From the NCBI GenBank assembly GCA_030704615.1, contig CM060734.1:25110001-25174000 (forward strand): a DNA stretch of 64,000 bases. The letters run 5' to 3'. A program made the translations under genes and the position numbers. A model generated the notes under the pieces. The model had not been told where the DNA came from. It saw only the letters and a list, made by a program, of their open reading frames with translations, and made no database searches. Positions 55,651-64,000 of this stretch are shown here, piece after piece; position 1 is the stretch's first letter, and each line of letters opens with the position of its first letter. This DNA is from Takakia lepidozioides (taxonomy: Eukaryota > Plantae > Bryophyta).

Positions 55651-58600
55651 TTTGTTCCTTAGTTAGTTAAGATGGAAGGTACATTTGCGGAAATGATCGT
55701 CACATTGCAGAGTCGTCAGCTCCAGATGCAAGAACTTCGTGCCTCTACTGCCTAACTACAAGCTGATCAGTCTCAAGATCTTAGCAACGCTCTCAACAAT
55801 TTGCAACAACAAATTTCAGAGTTGAAGGAGTCGAACAATGGATCTTCAACCTTACGAGTCTCTACTACCACAAATATTATTGCCACGGTTTCTCCAAATC
55901 TTCAACAGATTATAAGGGAACCAAAGGTCAGCATGCCCGAAAAATTTGATGGGACGAGATCAAAATTTCGCGGTTTTGTTCAACAAGTATGATTGTTCCT
56001 ACGACTACATCCACAACAAGTGGGATTCGTGGGCACCCTTCTATCAGGCACTGCCCTATCTTGGTTTGCGCCGCTATTAGAGAAAAATTCGTATTTACTA
56101 TACAATTTTGAAGCGTTCATGTCCGAGTTTACTGCAACGTTTGGAGAGAATGATAGAGAGAGAGTTGCAGAGACAAAGATGCGAAATCTTCGACAAGGAG
56201 CACGTCCAGCTTCCGTTTATGCTGCCGAATTTTGACAACTTGCGTGCGACCTCGACTGGAATGAGAAGAGTCTCATTAGTCAGTTTTGATGTGGCCTAAA
56301 AGAGGATGTAAAATATTTGTTGTTGACGATGCCAAACGTGAGTACACTGAGCGAATTCAGCACCCAAGTCATTGCATGCGACAATCGTTTGTTCGAAAGA
56401 CGTCAAGAGAAGCGATCTGGATGGTCAACGACGCACCACGTCGATGCTACCACGGCACCAAACACAACGATCCATCAGATATCTGGTAATGATCATATGC
56501 AAATTGATGTTGTCCGATTCAAGCCATTGACGCCACAAGAAAAACAAAGACGGCGCTCAAATGGATTATGCCTTTATTGTGGAGAAGATGATCACATAGC
56601 ATTAAACTGCCCCAACAAGAGAAGATTCAAAGCTCGGGGCACAACTCAAGTGTTCGATACAAGGAGGTCGGAAAACGAAGATGTCCAGTCACAGTAGGGA
56701 CCATGCGGCTGGACACCCCAAATTCCTCACCAAAAAAAAGTTTATTTCTACCTCCAGACCTTGTACCTTGTTTCACAGTTCCAGTAAAGATCAAGATGCA
56801 AAATCGAGATATCTCCGTAGAAACACTTTTGGACTCGGGCGCTTTAGCGTGTTTTATTGACAAAGCCTTTGCAAAGCAACACCATTTAACGCTCGTAAGA
56901 AAGAAATTATCGGCCCCTGTTGAAGTCATCGATGGACGACCGTCAGCATCAGGAAATATTGACCATGAAACTCGACCCCTTGAAATGAAGCTTAAAAATC
57001 AAGCATCACAGATTGTTTTCAATGTCATCCAGTCTCCTACGAATCCTGTGATCCTTGGACTTCCCTGATTTGTATTTCATAATCCTGACATCGACTAGCG
57101 ATTACGAAAAATTTCGGCAAGACAAAAATGCAAAAGTACCAAAGGTATTCAACCCCTGTTTCTTGGAGCTAGAGCCTTCATGAGAGCTACGAAGAAGACG
57201 CGACATTTGCACTTTATGTGACTCCGATCAAAATACTCAAGGTACTTCGATATTACCCACTCAATATCAAGATTTCAAGGATGTATTCGAGAAGAAAAAT
57301 GCAGACATGTTGCCAGAACATCGACCTTATGATTGTGCAATTGAGTTGCAAAAAGAAGCTCAACCACCATTCGGCCCGATCTACAATTTATCTCAGGCGG
57401 AGCTGGCTGCTTTTCGCGAATACATTGATGAAAATTTGTCAAAGAATTTCATTCGACATTCGAAATCATCCGCAGGAGCACCTATCTTATTTGTGAAGAA
57501 GAAAGACGGATCGTTACACATATGTGTGGACTATCGTGGGCTCAACAAAATCACTATAAAAAATCGTTACCCACTACCGCTGATTTTCGGACTCATCAAA
57601 CAACTTGGACGAGCAAATTTTTTCACAAAGATCGACTTGAGATGAGCTTACAACCTTGTACGAATAAAAAAATGAGACGAATGGAAGAATGTTTTCGCAC
57701 AAGGTACGGACATTTCGAATACAGTGTTATGCCTTTCGGTCTTACAAATGCTCCAGCAATTTTTTAACACATAATGAATGACATCTTTCGAGAATTTTTA
57801 GATGACTTTGTAGTCATCTATGTGGACGACATTTTGATATTTTCACAGAATGAAGAAGAACATGGTCGTCATGTACGTCTTATCCTTGATAAATGGAGGG
57901 AAAAATGACTATATGTCAAGTTGAAAAAATGTCATTTCCACCAATCTGAAGTCGAATTTTTGGACTATATTATTTCCGACAAATGAGTCTTTATGGATCA
58001 GAAGAAAATACAAACCAACTTCGGTCCGAGATGTACAATGTTTTCTAGGATTTGCAAATTTCTATAGAATCTTTATCAATGACTACTCCAAAATTGCTGC
58101 ACCATTGACACGACTCACATGGAAGGACAAATTTGTATGGGACGAGAAGGCTGACCAAGCATTTGAAAGGCTGAAGCAGACATTTACAACGGCTCCAATA
58201 CTGGTACATGCAGACTCATCTAAACCATTCTTTTTGGAAGCAGATGCATCGGACTTTGCACTTGGTGCGGTACTCTCTCAATACGGTACAGATGGCCGAC
58301 TTCACCCTGTTGGTTTTCGTTCTCGCAAATTTTCCGCTGCGGAGATCAATTATGAAATCCATGACAAAGAACTTCTAGCGATTATCGATGTTTTTGAGGA
58401 GTGGCGTCATCTATTGGAGGGAGCTAAACATCAGGTCACAGTCTATACCGATCACAAAAAACTCGAGGTAATTACAAAATCAAACCTTGCTAGTGACATA
58501 TTCCATCTTGCTTGACGTCGATTCAAAACACGAGCATGAATTCTTCAAACATGTCATGATTTTCCGGCTGCAGGACATTTCGGCTTCAACAAAACAATGG

Positions 58601-59629
58601 AATTGATATTCAGGGACTATTGGTGGCCGCAGATGTGGAAACTCGTGAAAGAATTTATAAAATCTTGCGACACATGTGCTAGAGCGAAGGGACCACGACA
58701 TCGACCTTACGGCCTTCTTCAACCATTACCCATTCCCAAGGATCCATGGTCGTCCGTGTCTATGGACTTTATTACGGACCTTCCAATTTCCAAGACCACC
58801 GATTCAATCCTTGTTATTGTAGATCGTTTTACGAAGATGACAAACTTCATTCCATGTAATAAGACGGTTACCGGCGAGGAAACTGCAAGACTCTTCCTCA
58901 ATAATATCTACCGCATTCATGGACTCCCGAAGGACATCGTATCTGATCGAGGACCACAGTTCATATCAAATTTCTGGAAGGGATTATTTCACATATTGGA
59001 GACTAAGATCAACCTCTCTACAGCTAATCATCCACAGACTGATGGTCAAACCGAACGCGTAAACCTGATTTTGGAGCAGTATCTTCGCTGTACGATAAAT
59101 TATCACCAAGATAATTGGACGGACCTTCTGTCATTGGTTGAGTTTGCCTACAACAACACTATACATTCTTCGACCAAACAAACTCCATTTTTCTCCAATT
59201 ATGGTCATCATCCTCTAGCAAACCCTTTCCACATGAAGATTGTTAGAAGCCCTGCTACAGAAAACCTTGCTACTCATCTTGCTATGATTCGCAAGGAGCT
59301 TACATTCCACCTCATAGAAGCTCAAAAACAATACAAGGAGTATGCAGATCAACGTCGCCAACTCCAACCCCAGTTCAAGGTCGGAGATCGTGTGTGGCTT
59401 CTTCGACGGGACATACAAACCTCGCAACCATCAAGGAAGTTGGATTATCAACGCCTGGGACCATTCAAAATTATTCGACAAATAAATCCGGTGAGTTTTC
59501 GACTTGAACTCCACTGAAGTATGCGCATCCATCCAGTCTTTCATGTTTCATTATTGGAGTTGTATCATCCATCGAATATTCCAGGGAGAGTCTCCATACT
59601 ACCTCCACCAGTCGAAGTCAATCAGGAAA

Positions 59630-59790
59630 TTGAGTATGAAGTCGACGAAGTCCTAGACTCTCGCATCAAGTATAAACGTCTTGAGTATTTTGTACATTGG
59701 AAAGGCTACGACATCAACGAACGAACATGGGAACCTTCATCCAACCTCGCCAATGCATCTGACAAAGTCCAAGAGTTTCATCAACAATAT
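59630..59790 (+). other. Chromodomain (type I) at the integrase C-terminus
   Basis: EYEVDEVLDSR...YFVHWKGY...TWEP..NL with the aromatic cage intact. Confidence 0.92.
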
Positions 59791-61717
59791 TCAGCTAAGC
59801 CCCGAGCTACACGTCAATAAGACGTCATAACGATGATGTCAGCCAAGTTAGCTTCAAGGTGAAGACTTCACATTCAATGTACCTGATACACGCTAAGGAG
59901 GGAAGAGCACCACACATCAATATATATAGCTACACTTCCAACACTTCCAACACTTCCAGCACTTTTGCATCTTGTATTGGCAGTATGGAGTCACATGAAC
60001 CAGATACATTGGAGTTGTTGCTTACCCAGCTATCAGATCAGCCGTTCCGACTCTCACGACCTTCAACATCACGCCGATGCTCTCGAAACGATGGGCCATC
60101 AATGCGACGCGTACTTCCTCGTCTGGACCCCGTACGACGGCAAGTGGAGCCTACTCGAAGTCTGATAATTCTGTTGGAGGTTGAGGCTTCGAACCCAGAG
60201 GGCAACGAAATCATGTTTGAAGGCAACTTCGAAAATCAGAATGCTCAAATCACTGTGTGGTCCCAAGTTCAAGGTGTTGGACACTATCGATGGTTGCAGG
60301 GACCTATAAATCATTTGAGTCACGAAGAGCCGAATACTTGATAAGTACCATTCGTCAGATTTTGGATTTTCTCCAACTCTAAGCAAGTCCAAGATTTTAC
60401 CGCTCCTCGAGGAACTCAGCGCTAGAGGAGAGATGAGGTCACGGACATAGCCCAGAGGAACTTACCAGGAATAAATATCGAAAGTTACCAAGTTACCATG
60501 TTACCGGAAGTTACCATGATTTGCCGTGATTTATCATGATCTACTAATACTTACCAAGTTATCAGGAGTTTACCAAATTACCAAGAGTAACTTGGGAAAC
60601 TGCTCAGGAAGCTTTCTTTGGAGGAAACTTCTCCATCAAGATACCTCATTTGTTTAAAGAAGCTTCTCCATCAAAAAACCTTTGTTTAATCTTTGAAACT
60701 TCTCCAGCAAAAAACCTCCATATGGGAAGCTTCTTAGGGAAGCTTCCTAGTAGCCAGTATATATAGGAGGCGAGACTGGACACTCTTCAGTCTCGCCAAC
60801 ACCAGTTCAAGCTATTGTTGTTTCTAGTTCCCAGTACTCCAGTCCAGTTCCCAGTACTTTAGCCCAGTTTCCAGTATCTGGTACTCTAGTCTAGTTTCCA
60901 GCATTCCAGTATTCAAGTCGTGTTCCAATATCTTGTACTTTTGTTCATTGTTATAAAGATCATCTTGATTCCTATTTACTCATCGTGCATACGGCCATGC
61001 CGACCATGACTTCTTGTCTAGTCTTGTACCTCTAGTTTGATCTCTTGTTTGTGTTCAGTCATGTTCTCGTCCTTGACAGTTGGGACGGTACGAGACACAG
61101 CAGAGATAGCCCCGGGGCAGGCCCGCCGCTTGATCACAATCTGGGTGCGAAGACCGAGGACATCATATCGCATTAACTCCCAAATAACTCACAAGTTTAA
61201 TGTAGCGTGGTTGGCGGGGTCCCGGTATAATTGGCAAAAGCGTCGGGTAGGAGGCAGGATTAAGGCGGGGCTGGTAGTAAATCTATCGGGCTGAGCCAAC
61301 CGTGGAGCATTTTTTTGGACCCCGTGCCGGTAGATTGCCGTTTTGGGGCAAGTGTCGTAGCACCGTGGAGATGCTCTAAATTAACTTAACTAAACTAAAC
61401 TTTAGTTAGTGAACTTTAGTGAATCTAAAGATTCCTGAAATCTGATTTCTCTCTTGAATTGCGATCACTCGGACTCTAGAAGTGCGAGGGAGTGTGCAGC
61501 CTGCCTCTGAGAGCACTCCCTCATGTGTGCAGAGCTCTTCGTTTCTCTTATTAGTCATGCGATTTGCAACATTTGTGCGAGGAAGTGTGCGAGGAAGTGT
61601 GCGAGGGAGCGTGTGTGCGTAAACCTTGCTCTGCCATATTTCCTTTGTCGCTCTCTGGCCTTCCCGTGGAAGTTTTCTTGTTTCTACCTACTTGGCTGTA
61701 TAAAGTAGTATTTGTCC

Positions 61718-63925
61718 ATGGCTGGGGAACGCTCGCTCTTCACATCAAGAAGACACCAACATCGGGTTACAGCACCTTACAACCTTCCAACTGGCCCTGC
61801 GCGTCATGCAAATTCTACGCGTCATGTTCCAACTGGCTCTATCGGCCATGGTGCGCGTCATGCTAATTCTACGCGTCTTGGTGGATTCGGTGGTCTAGGT
61901 CAGCACACAGTCAACAACGTCCTACACGTCCGGAAGAAGACAATAGTACAAGTCGTCCAAGCCACCGAACGATCGCAGGAGGAGAAGGAGGGATCGTAGG
62001 AGGAATCGCAGGAGGGATCGCAGGAGGAGAAGGAGGGAGTCAAGCTGTAGAATATACTAGCTCGGTTGACAGGAGAAACTGCCAACAGCAAACTCCGGTG
62101 GAAGCCCCAAATGCACAGGAGCGGCTCCTCTTAAAAAAACTGCGAAACGATAATGCCGCTTTCAAAAAACAAATTGGGAGCCTGACGGAGAGTTTGCACC
62201 TTGCTTTGAAAAATGGGGCCGAGAAACCGGCTTGCATAAATTGGGATTGTGTGAAGGTTTTTTCCTAGCCTTCAATCTGATTCCATTCTGATTCTCTTAT
62301 TGTGTTTGTTCTATTGTGAGGTTAGAGGAAGATGTACTATTCTCTTGAAGGCGTTCCCTCATTCTTGCTCTTGCCCTACTGCTACTGTGGACCCTACACA
62401 CTGCAATAATTTAGACATATTTATCTGACATGTTTTCATGATAGAGTAAGAGAAGGAAAGAAGCTATGGGGTAGAGAGATAAAGAAAGATTAGTCAGAAT
62501 ATATCACAGGTGGTGTCCTAATGTAGAAGAGCTTCCTGTGACAATCTAGTATGGAACCACCATAGGGTTTCTATGATGCTTATGACAGTGTTGTTGTACA
62601 GATGATAGTGCAAGTGTTATACCCGAATGCAGGATAGCCAGATCTTATTATAAGGAAAAGCTGGTAGGGCTCAAGAAATAGCAACAAAATTGAAATAGAT
62701 CAGCAGAGAGGATGTTGTAGTTCCACAGGAGGTGAGGTGGATAGAACAAGCAATTTCTATGTTGCAACACACAAGATGATCAATTCTGGTGTAATGTGTG
62801 CAATTTAATTTTTGTATGTGCAGAACAAACATAGAATGTTGTGTTGCTGGAAAAATTAAGCACTGGAAAATGGAATGTGTACAAGTATATCCGTGATTTC
62901 TGATGGTTGGTCATTTTCCTTTGTAGATGAAAATGGTGATGATTACCATAGAGATCCTTTTAGGAAAGGATAGCTCTGTCCTCTTTCCAGATGAAGGAAA
63001 TGTAAAAGAAACTATCTTGACAGCATACGGTGTTCATGAAGATGACAGCATACGGTTTACCGTTGTACGGGACTTGATGAATGTTGAGTGGGGACCACAA
63101 AACCCAAAGGAAGGAGGTTTAAGACGATATGCAATGTCCCACATCCGTATGACCCGAGGTCATTACACCCGCTTGGCCAAGGACGAGCTTTACAGGATCT
63201 TGCAAATTCCCAAGCCTCCTCTTAACGCATCTACAAGCGACAAGGAGGCCTGGAAACTCAAACTTTCAGTCTTGAGGGAAGGTATTATCATCTCCTAAAG
63301 CTCTTGAATCTCTTCGAAATGACTATGTTGTTGCACATGATTTTTTTGCTTGCAATCTGACTTGTTTGTGGATTGACTGGCGCTTTCAAGTTTGAAGACT
63401 TACTAGTTCGCAGGTGAGAAATGGTGCATCCGGAGGCTTGAGGACGGTGTTGAAGATCCCTACGGATCTTCAGCATTGCATGGGGCAATTGTGAAGGTGG
63501 TTTTTGGAGAAAACTATGATCCTGACAAACCAATCGAGTTGACCTTGGAGCAGGTAGCTTTCTTCCTACATGTGGTGAGTTTCTGTAAGCTCTGTAGATT
63601 ATAAGACTTGACTACAAGATTTCATTATAGTGCTGGAAGCTTACATCAAACAATCTAAGTCATGAACACATGAAGAATGTTTGAAGATGATCTGAAGTAG
63701 TTTGTAGTTCTTGATAACTATTTATTAGATATTGGTGGTACTAGCGTTCAGCTTAACCTTGCGATGAGAGATGAGAACCTGACCCATGGAGATGCACGTT
63801 ACCATCAACGTGCCATGGAGAAGGAAGAAGACCTGCTTGTGGAAGCCCTACCACGTTTCACAAGACTAATCATCCTTGATCCCTCCCTTCCTTTGGATGA
63901 GGGTTCAGCACACTGGGATGACTGA
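61718..63925 (+). CDS. Spliced gene of unknown function (4 exons; one frameshift in exon 1)
   Basis: Phase-compatible GT-AG junctions at 62256/62927, 63281/63414 and 63574/63752; stop-free spliced frame from ~61870 to TGA 63923-63925. Confidence 0.65.
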
Positions 63926-64000
63926 TTCAGCAAGCCATGAAATGAAATATTGATGACATGCCATGAGATGATAATTGAGACAGGGTTGTAGCAATCAGAG

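Larger units (their letters stand above)
55039..61078 (+). mobile_element. Chromoviral Ty3/gypsy element (Tcn1-like), degenerate, with LTRs 55039-55633 and 60437-61078
   Basis: 5-bp TSD GTTGG (55034-55038, 61079-61083); PPT 60424-60434; gag (PEKFDG, CLYCGEDDH), LLDSGA, RT, RH, integrase, chromodomain. Many stops and an RH-INT deletion near 58470. Confidence 0.95.
54936..61376. mobile_element. Tourist-like (PIF/Harbinger) MITE of ~400 bp, split by the chromovirus insertion
   Basis: TIRs GAGCATCTTCACGGTG (54936) and CACCGTGGAGATGCTC (ends 61376); TAA at 54933-54935 and 61377-61379. Confidence 0.88.

Overview
Eukaryotic, almost certainly land-plant DNA; a non-seed plant is inferred from the TE lineages but cannot be proven here. 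Two host genes on the minus strand, a PP2A catalytic subunit (52-5228, 3' end off the window) and cystathionine gamma-synthase with its MTO1 arrest peptide (47660-53420), flank a ~42 kb nest of Ty3/gypsy retrotransposons and rearranged repeats. The standout is an 11.9 kb Ty3/gypsy-type element (14285-26203). Its pol carries a DNMT3-like C5 cytosine methyltransferase between protease and RT and ends in a PHD finger after a DDE integrase. Its ends are not ordinary LTRs but a split-direct-repeat layout (A...B-A-B) with TGTC...GACA termini and a 4-bp GGGC target-site duplication, and its 5' region holds captured host-gene fragments. Also present: a chimeric Athila-like element with a very long env-position ORF, several inversions and inverted duplications (one with a perfect palindrome at the breakpoint), a self-priming chromovirus inserted in a Tourist MITE, and a spliced orphan gene at the right end. 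All coordinates and similarities were read by eye; no searches were run.
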